Below are positions 44,635 through 56,000 of a DNA stretch of 64,000 bases, piece by piece. Numbering within the stretch: the first letter of the stretch is position 1; each line of letters starts with the position of its first letter. The translations under genes and the position numbers were made by a program. The notes beneath the pieces are model-generated. The model saw only the letters and a list, made by a program, of their open reading frames with translations, had not been told where the DNA came from and did not search any database. The stretch comes from Endomicrobiales bacterium (GTDB taxonomy: Bacteria > Elusimicrobiota > Endomicrobiia > Endomicrobiales > CAWCFT01), in the NCBI GenBank assembly GCA_963794945.1, contig CAWCFT010000011.1, forward strand, positions 32,001 through 96,000, in the 5' to 3' direction.

Positions 44635-46881
44635 CTATTTCGGCGCCATCCCGAAAGTCCTCATAACATCCGGATCCTGCGGAGATATTTCTCTTGCCGC
44701 GAACCATTCCTTCTTTGCTTCTTCCATCCTGCCCGTGCGGCTGTACAATACGGCGAGATTCTTGACTGCGTTGATCGAAGTAGGGCTTAGTTTTAAAGCG
44801 TCTTTATAGTATTCTTCCGACGCCTTGAAATCATTCCGCATGAACTTCATGTTCCCAAGATTTATATATGTTTCGGCGTATTCTTCCGGGCGCCTCTTGT
44901 ACCAGTCTTCATCCCAGATGCTGTGCGGGGGTTTTCTGAGCTGCTCAGGGAATTTTATATGTGCCAGGTATGCGTTTTCGGCCTTATCATATTCTCCGAG
45001 TTGCATATATATCCATGCTTCTCTGTAGTAATTCAAAGGAAAAATCGGGTCGATCTCGCGGTATTTCTCAAACTCCGCAAGCGCCTTATCCCATATTTCT
45101 TTTTTGTTCTGTTCATGTACAGCCGCTTCTTTAAGATCACCTTTTTGTCTCGCGGCATCTTCCAATCTTTTTTCATCATCACCGGATTTGAGGTAAATCA
45201 AACCGGCCTGATGATGCGACTGAACGTAATCCGGGGCGAGCTTCCAGACATCATTATATTTACCTATGGCCCTGTCCCTGTCGCCTTCTATCCATCTGTC
45301 GTTATAAACGTTCCCCATGAAGTAGTGCGCCATGATAAAAGATGGATTCTCCTTAATCACTTCCGTGTATTTATCCAACGCCTGTGTCCACTGTCCTTGC
45401 TTTGAGAAGAAAATTGCCATATTGTGGTTTACATCCGCGTCAAAATATCCATAGAATACCGTAAGAAAATATACCGCAATAACAGCGATCAGCACCTGGA
45501 ACGTCCTCTTTGCATTTGTAGGCAATTTCCCTGGTACCGGCTGCGACGATTTCTCAGGCATTGGATGGTTTACACTGAATGCACCTAAGAGTCCTATCAG
45601 CAGCCATAAGAATATACCGGATGAAACGAACCTCAGCGAAACGCACACAAAATTGTGCACAAGCTGAGATGCGACAGCTGTGAGAACACCTAACTGGTAA
45701 TAAGCGCGTATGTCACCGCCCGGCTTTTCAATGTTCAATTTTGAAAATACCTGAAGGTTCTTAAATCCACCCCAGAGGAACATCGAGATCACCCACAAGA
45801 ATATACCAAACCCTACAAGCCCTTCATCGTACCATACTTCCAGGTACTCGTCTTCCGGATGGTCAGTCTCTGTATTGTGTCTGCCTTCAACGAAAAATAT
45901 CTGCGGCCTGCGGAAAGCCGGATATGTTACATAAAATGTTCCGATCCCGGTGCCCAATATAGGGTTTGTGTTTATCATCTCCCAGGTTGAAGTCCATGTG
46001 AATATACGGAATGAGGCACTATCAGTGCGGCCTTTAAGGTTATGGTAAATGCCGCCTACAACTATCAGGATGCAGGCGAATGTCATTATCAATAATATCG
46101 ATCTTTGCTTTATTTTCTGAGTTTTAAGGAATAAACCTATGACAAGGAACACTATTATCAATACCCCGGCACCAAAGCCAAGCCATGCTCCTTTTGAGTA
46201 AGTGATCATCACCGAGAAGGCTATCATCAGCCACAATAGTAAGAGGTGTATTTTTCTCGAACGCAGGAACATCGCAAGGGTTATCGGGCTCATGACAACA
46301 AGGAAATCGCCGAAGAAGTTAGGATTGCCGAAAGTGGAGAATATTCTGTCTCCGAACGCCTGCCGCCAGATAAAAGGGTCAAGGCCGGGTTCAGGGGGTG
46401 GAGGGAAATAGTGCCTGTCTAAGTACTGGATTACGGCATAAAGAGTTGCTACGTACGCCGCTGCTATCAGCCAGTTGAAAAGCCGTTTCATTTTTTCATG
46501 GCTGTCGAATTCCTTTACTACGATAAGGGCTATCGCGATATAGAATACCCTGCGGGCAAGCTCGTTAGCGCTCGCGAGCGGCAACGGAGAGCGAAGATAT
46601 GAAACTATCCCGGAAATAAGAAAGGCCAGAAGCGAACAGATCACTATTATGTTTTGCCGCAGGAATAACATTACGTCTTCTTCTGCCAGCTTAATCAGCC
46701 AGGTGGCAAGAAGGAAGGTTCCCCCCATCTCTATAAGTGTTATCTTGATCTGCGCAGAATCGTAAGTCTTCAGATAAAACGCTATTGATATGAGAAAATA
46801 TAGTATGGGAACGCCGTAAATCAATATTTTACCGGCTATTTCCATTACATTATTATCTGAAACTCTTGCCGTTTCACTCAT
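44635..46881 (-). CDS. O-antigen ligase/Wzy_C family membrane protein with TPRs (paralog)
   Basis: 'STFGNPNF', 'SKGAW', 'GTGIG', 'HPEDEYLE', TPRs. Confidence 0.85.
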   Translation of the reverse strand: MSETARVSDNNVMEIAGKILIYGVPILYFLISIAFYLKTYDSAQIKITLIEMGGTFLLATWLIKLAEEDVMLFLRQNIIVICSLLAFLISGIVSYLRSPLPLASANELARRVFYIAIALIVVKEFDSHEKMKRLFNWLIAAAYVATLYAVIQYLDRHYFPPPPEPGLDPFIWRQAFGDRIFSTFGNPNFFGDFLVVMSPITLAMFLRSRKIHLLLLWLMIAFSVMITYSKGAWLGFGAGVLIIVFLVIGLFLKTQKIKQRSILLIMTFACILIVVGGIYHNLKGRTDSASFRIFTWTSTWEMINTNPILGTGIGTFYVTYPAFRRPQIFFVEGRHNTETDHPEDEYLEVWYDEGLVGFGIFLWVISMFLWGGFKNLQVFSKLNIEKPGGDIRAYYQLGVLTAVASQLVHNFVCVSLRFVSSGIFLWLLIGLLGAFSVNHPMPEKSSQPVPGKLPTNAKRTFQVLIAVIAVYFLTVFYGYFDADVNHNMAIFFSKQGQWTQALDKYTEVIKENPSFIMAHYFMGNVYNDRWIEGDRDRAIGKYNDVWKLAPDYVQSHHQAGLIYLKSGDDEKRLEDAARQKGDLKEAAVHEQNKKEIWDKALAEFEKYREIDPIFPLNYYREAWIYMQLGEYDKAENAYLAHIKFPEQLRKPPHSIWDEDWYKRRPEEYAETYINLGNMKFMRNDFKASEEYYKDALKLSPTSINAVKNLAVLYSRTGRMEEAKKEWFAAREISPQDPDVMRTFGMAPK

Positions 46882-47034
46882 TGTTCCATCCCTTGGCTTT
46901 AAATGTTTTTGCTAAACTTTGGATTCGGTTTGCACTTAATCATTTCCAGAAAGCCTCTCGGAGGGAATATATTTCACAAAAACACTTCTATCTGCCGCCG
47001 CTCTATATCGCAATCTTCAATTTATTTAACAGAA

Positions 47035-47110
<76 letters not shown>

Positions 47111-47156
47111 AGCTAAAAAATGAACCCATGGGACATGCAGCCTGCTAAACAAAAAA

Positions 47157-47229
47157 TGCTGGGGGTCAGAATCGAACTGACGACACCAGGTTTTTCAGAC
47201 CTGTGCTCTACCGACTGAGCTACCCCAGC
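47157..47229 (-). tRNA. tRNA-Phe(GAA)
   Basis: CAGGT-CT-GAA-AA-ACCTG, CCA not encoded. Confidence 0.95.
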
Positions 47230-47280
47230 AAACTACCTGTATTTCTTTTAATGAAAGATCAAAACTTATCATGGGCAAGT

Positions 47281-47562
47281 TTATTTCTTTTCGAACGCTC
47301 TTTTCCCTGCGTCAAATGCCTCTTCGATCTTTTCACGGGAAGAAACTATTTTTTCTTTTCCTTCATCTATTATCTGTTTTGACCTGTTTTTTACATCTTC
47401 ACCCATATCTTCGATTTTTTCAGCAAGGTCCTCACTGAAATCTTTGAGTTTTTCTCTTGTTTCCTTTCCGGCCCTCGGCGCGTATAGAATGCCCGCTACA
47501 GCGCCTATGATGCCCCCAAGGACGAATGCAAGTAGCACTTCACCTGAATTATTCTCTGACAT
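47281..47562 (-). CDS. YtxH domain protein
   Basis: 'FVLGGIIGAVAGILYAPRAGKETRE'. Confidence 0.9.
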   Translation of the reverse strand: MSENNSGEVLLAFVLGGIIGAVAGILYAPRAGKETREKLKDFSEDLAEKIEDMGEDVKNRSKQIIDEGKEKIVSSREKIEEAFDAGKRAFEKK

Positions 47563-47642
47563 ATGCCCTCCTTTGACTCCGTGACTCAATCAGCGCTTTG
47601 CATCGTGCCGAGTCACAAGCTTTGTTTTCTTCCGCCAATTCG

Positions 47643-47927
47643 TTAAAGCTGTTGTTGTTCTTCTCTCTTATTACGGACAAAAGACGAAATTATTCCGCCC
47701 AGCCAGCCGCCTGCCTGCGCCCACGGAGAAGTGAATTTTTTTACCAAGTCGTGAATTCTGCCGGTTATACCGATCACAGTATCAATTTCATAATTAATGT
47801 TCTTAAGCAGTTTTTCCAACTCATCGGCGGCTTTCTTCACGCTGTACAATGTTTGTACAAGATAAACTACGGCAACAACAAATGCAGCAGTCACAACTAG
47901 CGCGCAAACAACCAGTACCGTATTCAT
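47643..47927 (-). CDS. DUF948/YtxG-like membrane protein
   Basis: N-terminal TM plus coiled coil, adjacent to YtxH. Confidence 0.7.
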   Translation of the reverse strand: MNTVLVVCALVVTAAFVVAVVYLVQTLYSVKKAADELEKLLKNINYEIDTVIGITGRIHDLVKKFTSPWAQAGGWLGGIISSFVRNKREEQQQL

Positions 47928-48328
47928 TTCACGTTTTCCTTTTTTACATTTGTTTTTGACACCAGTTCTTCTATCTTTTTTTTGACTTCTGGCATATCGA
48001 ATGGCTTTGACAAGAACCCGTTTGCACCGAAGAGCATGGCGTCATGAAAAGTTCTTTCATCAGAAAAAGCTGTAAGCATTATTACCGGTATATCAGCCGT
48101 TTCCTTTGCTGTTTTGATATTTCTGCAAAGGCTTATCCCGTCTTCGCCCGGCATGCTGACATCCATGAGTATCAAATCCGGCCTAAAACTTTTAAGCGTT
48201 CTTTCAAACTCAGCCGCGCTTTCACATGCCGTCACATTATATCCCATGATCTCGAGACCGCTTTTTAAAAGATCCAGCACGTTAGGATCATCGTCAACTA
48301 TCAATATATTCTTCTTTTTTGTTTCCAT
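47924..48328 (-). CDS. Single-domain response regulator
   Basis: 'ILIVDDD', 'PDLILMDVSMP', 'IMLT', 'SKPF'. Confidence 0.9.
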   Translation of the reverse strand: METKKKNILIVDDDPNVLDLLKSGLEIMGYNVTACESAAEFERTLKSFRPDLILMDVSMPGEDGISLCRNIKTAKETADIPVIMLTAFSDERTFHDAMLFGANGFLSKPFDMPEVKKKIEELVSKTNVKKENVK

Positions 48329-48451
48329 TTTTTCGTTTATGACCAAACGGCGCTTCAACTGGTAACTATTTCCCAGTCAGTTGATTTTAACAAAAGAAAA
48401 ATCATAAGTCAAATTCGAGTAATTTTGCAATTACTTATGATTTTTTAATAC

Positions 48452-49080
48452 TTATATGTTCTTAGATGGACAAATGTCATTTAAAATACATTGGCCATGC
48501 GCGGATTTTCTTGCCTTGCAAACAAACCTTCCATGCTGTTGCAAGAGATATGAAAACACCAGCCAATCCGCCCTCGGAACAAGCTTCATCAGGTCAACTT
48601 CGATCTTTACGGGATCATCATTTTTCGTCAAACCTAATCTCTGAGAAAGCCTGCGGACATGCGTGTCGACGGCTATGCCTTCGATAACACCGTAAGCGTT
48701 TCCCAGAACGATATTTGCGGTCTTTCTAGCAACACCGGGCAGTGAAAGGATATCCACCATATTCGAAGGCACTTCTCCGCCAAATTTATCTTTTATCAAT
48801 TTTGCCGATGTTATGATATTCTTTGCCTTGTTGCAAAAAAACCTGTGGACCTTATATCCTGCTCGAACTCATTTAAGTCCGCAGAGGCGTAATCTGAAAG
48901 GCTGCGGTATTTTTTAAAAAGTGTTTCTGTCACCTTATTGACCCTCTCGTCGGTGCATTGAGCCGACAGGATCGTAGCGACAAGCAGCTCCAGCGGGCTT
49001 GAATGCTTTAGGGCTATCTTTGCGTCGGGATACGCTTTCTTAAGCCTTTTTATTATCTCCAGTATTTTTTCTTTATTCAT
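48452..49080 (-). CDS. nth: Endonuclease III, frameshift near 48835
   Basis: 'LVATILSAQCTDERVN', HhH 'LPGVARKTAN', 'VDTH'; Fe-S motif C-x6-H-x2-C-x5-C. Confidence 0.93.
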
Positions 49081-49082
49081 TT

Positions 49083-49268
49083 TTAAACCGTTTTTATAGC
49101 GTCTACGGGGCAATCTTTTTCCATCTGCTTCGTGCAGTCTTCCTGTTCTTTGGGAACCATTTCGTTCTTTGTAAAAGCAATATTGTCCTGCATCTCGAAA
49201 ACATCCGGGCAAGTTGATTCGCACAGCCCGCAACCTATACACGTTTCTTTGTCAACATAGACTTTCAT
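49083..49268 (-). CDS. Single-cluster ferredoxin
   Basis: 'CIGCGLCESTCP...CPVDAI'. Confidence 0.93.
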   Translation of the reverse strand: MKVYVDKETCIGCGLCESTCPDVFEMQDNIAFTKNEMVPKEQEDCTKQMEKDCPVDAIKTV

Positions 49269-49291
49269 GTCACCCTCCATTTAACCGTATT

Positions 49292-50064
49292 TCACTTTAC
49301 CAGCTCAACCATACGGCGGTGTATCAAGCCGTTGGACGCTAGCAATGTATCTCCAAAAATATAATTATTACCGCCGTTAAATTCCGATACTTTTCCCCCC
49401 GCCTCTTCTAAAATAAGTGACCCCCCTGCGATATCCCACGGCTTTAATCCCTTTTCCCAAAACGCTTCAAAGCGTCCTGCTGCCACATATGCCAGATCAA
49501 AGGCCGCTAAAGCACGCCGCCTGACACCCTGGACCCTGACTAATACGTTCGAAAGGCTCTTTAATACCGCACCGCTGTTCGAGTGGACATCATATGGGAA
49601 ACCGGTTACCACAAGCGACCTTACGAGCTTTCGCTCGAAGAAACCCTAATGGCCCTGCCATTGAGGAATGCCTGCCCGCCTCTTTGTGCCACAAATAATT
49701 CCTTTAAGCATGGAGCGTATATGACTCCGGTTATGACTTTGCCGTTTTCCAGCAGGCTTATAGAGACGCTGAAAAATGGAACACCATGAATAAAATTCAC
49801 CGTGCCGTCCAAAGGATCGATTATCCAGCAATGATCCGAACATGCGGTTTGCCTAGGGCCTTCTTCGCCTATAACAATGTGCCCTGGAAATTTGCTTTTT
49901 AGCAGTTTGACAATTGTTTTCTGGGAAGACTTGTCGGCAATCGTTACCGGGTCGATCGCGCCTTTGTACTGAACAGACAAACTGGAATTGAAATATTTCA
50001 ACAGCACCTCGCCGCCAGCTTTGGCCGCAGCGATGGCTGTCATGGTGTATTCATTTAATTTCAT
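49292..50064 (-). CDS. suhB: Inositol monophosphatase family, frameshift near 49630
   Basis: 'GEE', 'WIIDPLDGTVNF', 'PWDIAGG'. Confidence 0.9.
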
Positions 50065-50152
50065 TGGAGTACCGCGAGTTTTGATTTTACTAAGGCATTT
50101 CCCAAGATTTGTGCGTGGATAAGACAAATAACGTTTGGCGGTAAAAACTATA

Positions 50153-50228
50153 CGGGGACGACGGGATTTGAACCCGCGATCTCTGCCTTGACAGGGCAGC
50201 GTGTTAAACCAGGCTACACCACGTCCCC
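50153..50228 (-). tRNA. tRNA-Asp(GTC)
   Basis: CTGCC-CT-GTC-AA-GGCAG, CCA not encoded. Confidence 0.95.
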
Positions 50229-50410
50229 AGAAATTTACTTATATGACTTAAATATTCCAGATACTTGTTTAAGAGCTGGATATGTTCTCTAGCTTGATCC
50301 CGCGTTGCGTGATTAAGCCAGGATACCACCACATCAGAAAAATTAGAGGTATATACTACCAGAAAAAGCTAATATTGTCAAATTACAGTAAGAAATCCAA
50401 GTAAACAAGA

Positions 50411-50446
50411 TAAAAGCGTTAGCCGAAAATCACGCTAACGCTTTTA
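50411..50446. terminator. Intrinsic terminator ending the 50.5-58 kb operon
   Basis: taaaagcgttagc-N10-gctaacgctttta. Confidence 0.8.
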
Positions 50447-50471
50447 ACTCTTTGCCCGCGCTATTGAACTG

Positions 50472-51426
50472 TTACGGCAGCTGCAATGACAGCCCGAAAC
50501 GATGCGACCCGGTAGAATTTTCGACTTGCAGCGGCCAGGCAAATGAATAATCAACAATAAGTTTTGTTTTTTCGCCGAACTTGATTTCATAGCCTAGACC
50601 AAACGTGACATCTTCCTGGCTACCACCTGACCTGATTGCGAATTTCCCGTCAAAAAGCCATGTTTCTACCCCGAATCTGATATCCGATACACCGTCTCTT
50701 GTGGCTACATCCAGCGCGGTAGTGAAATATGGAAGTTTCAGGAAAGGAAGTTTTTCATTATAGTACGCAAGGCCGATCACGTTTTCGTTCGGCACCTGAT
50801 CAACAGTAAGTAAACCCACGTTAGGAGTGTTGGTATTTTTGCACGCGACTCCGCAGGAAAGACCAAGCTTTTCCCATGAAACAAGAAGCCCTGCGTCGGA
50901 CGTAGTAGCGGCCGCAGAATTACCGTTAGCAAAAACAGGGTCGCCCACAGTCCGCTCGTCCAGCGTATACGCATGCTTTAAATACTTGAAGTTCGCCCCT
51001 ATAGAGACAGCCGGCTGTTTAAAACCAAAGATGTCGTTAAGATAACGCCCATAACCTATAGCGGCAGTGTCTTCAGTATAGAGTGATGGCGAAGACAGCT
51101 CGCCCCATGTGACACCTATACTCCCCGCTCTTTTGCCTAGCGGATGAACATAACCAAGATAGTTCAACCCTATATTAACTCCGTCAAGTCCGGAGTATAA
51201 TTGCGCGGACATCAACGAAACTTCGTCATGCACAACTTGCGGAAGCCCGGCAGGGTTATAAAGTTGGCCGTTCGCGTCATCAGCTACCGCGGTAAAAGCT
51301 CCGGCCATACCCAACGGTCTCGACACCCCAGCCCGAGTCCATGAAAGCGGCGAACGTGAGACTGGGCAAAGCGAGCAGTATTATGACCGCTAAACTTAAA
51401 TAATGGACCGATCTTTTTCTATTCAT
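50472..51426 (-). CDS. PorV/PorP-like (FadL-superfamily) outer membrane beta-barrel, +1 frameshift near 51322
   Basis: Signal peptide, then 'GWGVRPLGMAGAFTAVADDA...YNPAGL'; end 'VDYSF...HRFGLSLQL'. Confidence 0.8.
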
Positions 51427-51474
51427 TTTATTGCCCTTACGGCTCTGTATGTTGCGTTACACTTAATGTTGCAA

Positions 51475-53061
51475 TTACTTCGCTACGACAATAGTCCCGT
51501 TTATTATCTTGCCAGTTGCGTTCAGCTTTATCTGGTAGATGTATATACCGCTTTCCACCAGTTTTCCGCTATCATCTTTCCCATCCCAGCTGAAATCCTG
51601 GTTAAGCTGCCTTATCTTTCTGCCTCTGATATTATAGACATTCACAATATCGCCGCTGACAAGCCCGGAGAACTGGGCAAAATCATTCTTATTATCAACT
51701 GTTGCGGGCGTAATTATCCTTTCCTTTGGCCTGTAATCATTGTCGCTCATGGAACCTACCGGGAATAAGGCGTACATACTAAAGTGCTGCACGTCAGAGT
51801 ATGTTATTAGATTTAGGTTCGGGTCTTTTTTTCCTCCAAGCAGGCGCCAGTCAAACCCATCCCACCAGAATACTTGCAAAGAGCTGGCCTTATAATTAGT
51901 GCCGTCAACTATCCCGTCATGATCAACATCCTGGTAGTAAAGTTTCATCGTACCGGCTTTTTTGAAAACTATATGCTCAGGGCCAAAAGTATAAACAGCT
52001 ACGGGTACCGCTGAGCCACAGGGCGATTTGCCCGGCGGAACAGAACTGTCAGCAGGATCGATTTCCGTTATTGTAATGTTCGTATTGCTGTCCAGCGCCC
52101 CTTGAGGCAACTGAATTGTTGTCTGGCCGTCTGCCGAGTCTCCGTTAGGCAGTGAAACTATGCCGCCATTTGAACCAAAAGTTATTGTATTTGCAGATAT
52201 TACCTGAACTGTGAAATACCCGCCTTGTGAGGGCAGGTAAGATACAGTGTTGTTAATATCTGTGGCTACGAGCTGATAGTAGAGATATTTTGATTTTGTA
52301 AAATTGACCCTGTTTTTATCTAATGCAAACTCGAAACCATAAGTTGAGGAATTCACTTTATTCATAGTATTGAGCGCGCTTCTTGACGTCATTGGTGCCG
52401 CTGCTGTTTTTGCGCGGCCTGCCTGGGCGACAGCGTAGGGTGCGATAGTAAAAGATGAATAAACCACGCTGTCATCGGTTTTGTAGCACATTGTTATCGA
52501 ATTCACGCTGACCGTATCGGAAACTGTTCCAGTGGCGATCATGATCCCGTCCACAGCAGATATATAATTAACCGGTGTATGAATAATTTGTAATGTACTA
52601 AGGACAGCTGAACTTATACCTATATTAAACGAATAGAAAGTTCCGGCAGTAGGCCATAAAGCTGACCGGCCCGTGTTGTCCATGACGGTTATCTTATAAA
52701 AGAAGCTTGCCGGATTGTTAGCCATATTCACAATTATCGCTGTCGAAAAATACTGCTTGAATAAACCCTGTGTAATTACCGCAGCTGTTGAAAAACCTGT
52801 TTGCCCGGACACGTAGTAATTAACTGTTATGCTTGTGATCGTGCTTGAAGCAATTCCGCAGGTAGCTGTGCCTGAAATTACAGCATAATTACCCTGCGAA
52901 AGCTGGGTTAAACCTATGTGATTTATAACAGGATTACCGGTGAAAGCAACGCACGCTGTAAACGATGCGACAGAAACGCTTTGAAAAGATGCGAAAGCCT
53001 TTCCAGAGCCGGTTAAAATAATAATCAGCGACAATAATAGATAGGACTTCCATTTAATCAT
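51475..53061 (-). CDS. Secreted Ig-like/ZU5 protein with T9SS-like (type B/FlgD-Ig) C-terminal domain
   Basis: Signal peptide; ZU5-like 'GSNGG..IQLPQGAL..ITIT..FGPEHIVF'; 'HFS'; CTD 'IITP..KND..VYNIRGR..WDGKDDSG..SGIYIY..GTIVVAK'. Confidence 0.75.
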   Translation of the reverse strand: MIKWKSYLLLSLIIILTGSGKAFASFQSVSVASFTACVAFTGNPVINHIGLTQLSQGNYAVISGTATCGIASSTITSITVNYYVSGQTGFSTAAVITQGLFKQYFSTAIIVNMANNPASFFYKITVMDNTGRSALWPTAGTFYSFNIGISSAVLSTLQIIHTPVNYISAVDGIMIATGTVSDTVSVNSITMCYKTDDSVVYSSFTIAPYAVAQAGRAKTAAAPMTSRSALNTMNKVNSSTYGFEFALDKNRVNFTKSKYLYYQLVATDINNTVSYLPSQGGYFTVQVISANTITFGSNGGIVSLPNGDSADGQTTIQLPQGALDSNTNITITEIDPADSSVPPGKSPCGSAVPVAVYTFGPEHIVFKKAGTMKLYYQDVDHDGIVDGTNYKASSLQVFWWDGFDWRLLGGKKDPNLNLITYSDVQHFSMYALFPVGSMSDNDYRPKERIITPATVDNKNDFAQFSGLVSGDIVNVYNIRGRKIRQLNQDFSWDGKDDSGKLVESGIYIYQIKLNATGKIINGTIVVAK

Positions 53062-56000
53062 GGAAGAACTCCAACGTTAGTTTATTTGTTGTGTATGTGT
53101 TAGGCGTTGACGCGTTGGCAAAATCGGCGGCTAAATATATGTATATCGGAGTTGTTGCATTTGACCATGCATATTCAGCTGTCTGAATCCCGCTTGTATT
53201 CCATACGGTTACATAGTCACTGTTGTTGGTAAAACCAGCGGTATTCTTGTCTTCCATCCATAAGAAGCATGGGTACTGGTTCCCAAGCCCGGTAACCCAC
53301 AGCCTGGCAGGATAACTGGGTGCGCCTTGCTGTACGCTAAGAGTGTTAGTAGTTATATCTACGCACCTCCAAGCCAGCGGAAGTGCTACAGTAGTTGCGG
53401 TTTGGCATACAAGGCCTGCAGGGTTGCCTGTGCCGGTGAACTTAGGGTTTGCGTTCGATGCTTTATTGTCGGTATATATCTGTATGCCCCAGTTAGAATA
53501 GTCTGGCACGCAATTGATCTTGATATACTGATTTGCCGCTACCCATCCTGTCGGCAGGGACGGTGTTGTCCAGGTAAAATAGGTTGTCGCGGAATTGTCA
53601 AGGGTATTGTAAATGCCGACTTGAAATAATGGAATAGGATAAAGAGGGTTGAACTGGTTCTTGGCAAACAAATACCATGCCGCAGAAGAAACGCATTGGT
53701 GAGTTGAATCCATTATCCAGCCTCCGTAGGCTGTGCCCTGGTTGGTTGCGTAACCCAGGCCCTGGATATTACTTCCCATAGGCGAAATCGCGTTCTCTAT
53801 TTGGCTGGTAAAATAGGCACCAAGCGTTGCGTTCCCGCTTATATTGTACGCTTCAGCCATCTGGCCGGTTCCTTCAAGCCAAACGGCATCCATGTCCGGC
53901 TGCTGGCCAGATAGCCCGCCAAAATCATAACCGTCTACAAACGCGCCTGTAAGATCGCTTGTTTTGCTATTTCTAAAATAACCATCTACGCTGCTTAGGC
54001 ACGCATTATATGTGCCAGTAGTAAATGCCAAAGCGGCAAGAGAATAACAGTCCAAAGCTTTATCTATCGCTGGTACGTTTGAACACACTTTAAAACGGTA
54101 ACCAGTTTCACTGTTCCATTGACCCCACATTGTGTCCAACCAGCTCTTAATGTTATTTGCCTTTGTATTAAATGTACTATCACCTGATATTTGAGCATAA
54201 TTTTGGAATACAGCGTATCCGGTAAGATTGTGCTCAGTTCCCTTGTATGAAAGCCAGGTGGAGCCGTCGTAGCCAAACTTCAGCCCCCCATCGGCGTCTT
54301 GTCTCGCAGCCAGCCATGTTGCGAGGTTGTTCATCATCGTATCATACGTTGTGTCGCCGGTCATATAGCGGTAATACATGATAGCCTGAAGCATCCAGAG
54401 ATTGGGGCCAGTGGTGCGTGTTGCTATCAGCACTGACCAATTGTCTACACTATATTCATCTGCATAACCGCCGGTAGCATCCCATGTAATATGGTTTTTA
54501 TACGCGCTAAGCACATTTTGTGCGGAAACAGTGCTTCCGTAATAACAATAAGCCATTATTGCCAGCGCCTGGTCATATGTAACTGCTTCATTGATCGTTT
54601 CATAGCTTCGCACAAGGCCTGTGGTAGCGCTTTGTTTGTTCTCTAATTCGTTCAAAACATATTGGGCATTGGGTGAAACGAACCCCGGCGACATCCAGCG
54701 TACATTATCGATCCAGAAACTGCCGCTGGCAGTACCGATGTCCGCGCCTACTGCGGCAGCGTTAAAATAGACGGTCATTGTTGATAAATTTAGGTTTGCA
54801 TCTAAAGCTGTAAAAGAAGATATTGGAATGGCAACTGACTGCCATTGATTATTTAGTAAAACTCCCATATTCTGGCCTAACATAAGCTGGGCTGTACCGG
54901 TTCCAGCGGATTCATTATTGGAACGAATTCCTATTTGAACATCCGCCGATGACGACTTAAAATCAAAAGCCAAGTATCCGCTGGAATACGTCGCCATAGA
55001 TCTGGTCGTATTGCTCCCTGAACCGCCTTCCTGAACAAACCATCCAGCCCATTGTGATGGCGTAATGCCAAAGTCTTCCCTGAACGAGAAGTTCCCAGTT
55101 GTAAAAGTCGAGTAGTCATTAGCAAAATTGAGTGACGCACCGCTTGCCAGGTAAGTTCCAACATATCCGGCAGCGTCCTGGTCATTTAAAACATTAAAAA
55201 TTGTCCACGTGGTTGCCACTACATTAAATGAGCTATAACTGGAATAATCGCTCTGGTTTCCAACCCCATTAATTGCCTTAACTCTCCAATAATATGTACC
55301 CGCCGCAAGCGCCGGGCTAACACTGTATATATTTGAAGGTACCCCAGGCACGGTGAGCAGAGGTGAAGCAAAAGTAACATTATTATCTATCTGCATCTTA
55401 TAGGTAACACCTGAGACATCAGTAACTTGGCTCCATGTTAGGACAGGAGAAGGACAATAACTGCTAGAAGCGTTTGCCGGAGAAACATTTGACGGCACAG
55501 AAGGAGAACTTGTTTCAACTGCCGCAATAGTGAAGGAGAAAGTACTTGACCACACACCTACATTGCCTACCCCGTCAGTGGTTTTTACGCGCCACCAGCA
55601 TGTTGTGCCCACTGCAAGAGATGTTGTTGGAGTATATTGAGTAGCAGATATACTAGACACATCTACTGTTGCCGATGGAATAGTGGGCCCGTGGGTGTCA
55701 AGCTGAACCTCATATGCTACTCCGGAAGGATCAGTAACATTAGACCAACCAAGCAGTGGAGAGTTAATACTCGAACCTCCATTTGCTGGCTGTAAAAGCG
55801 TAGGCGCGGCTGGCGGAGTGGTGTCATTGCTCATAAAAATATAATCTATGTATACTGTTTCTACTGGAGTAGTCGCGGTAAATGAAAAATATATAGGGTC
55901 TGAAATACTATTGAGATTAAGAGACGAATTAGCGCTTTTAAAACTACTAAGTGGTATTTTAACCATTTGCCAATTTGTAGTTACTGTAACACTTAATGGT

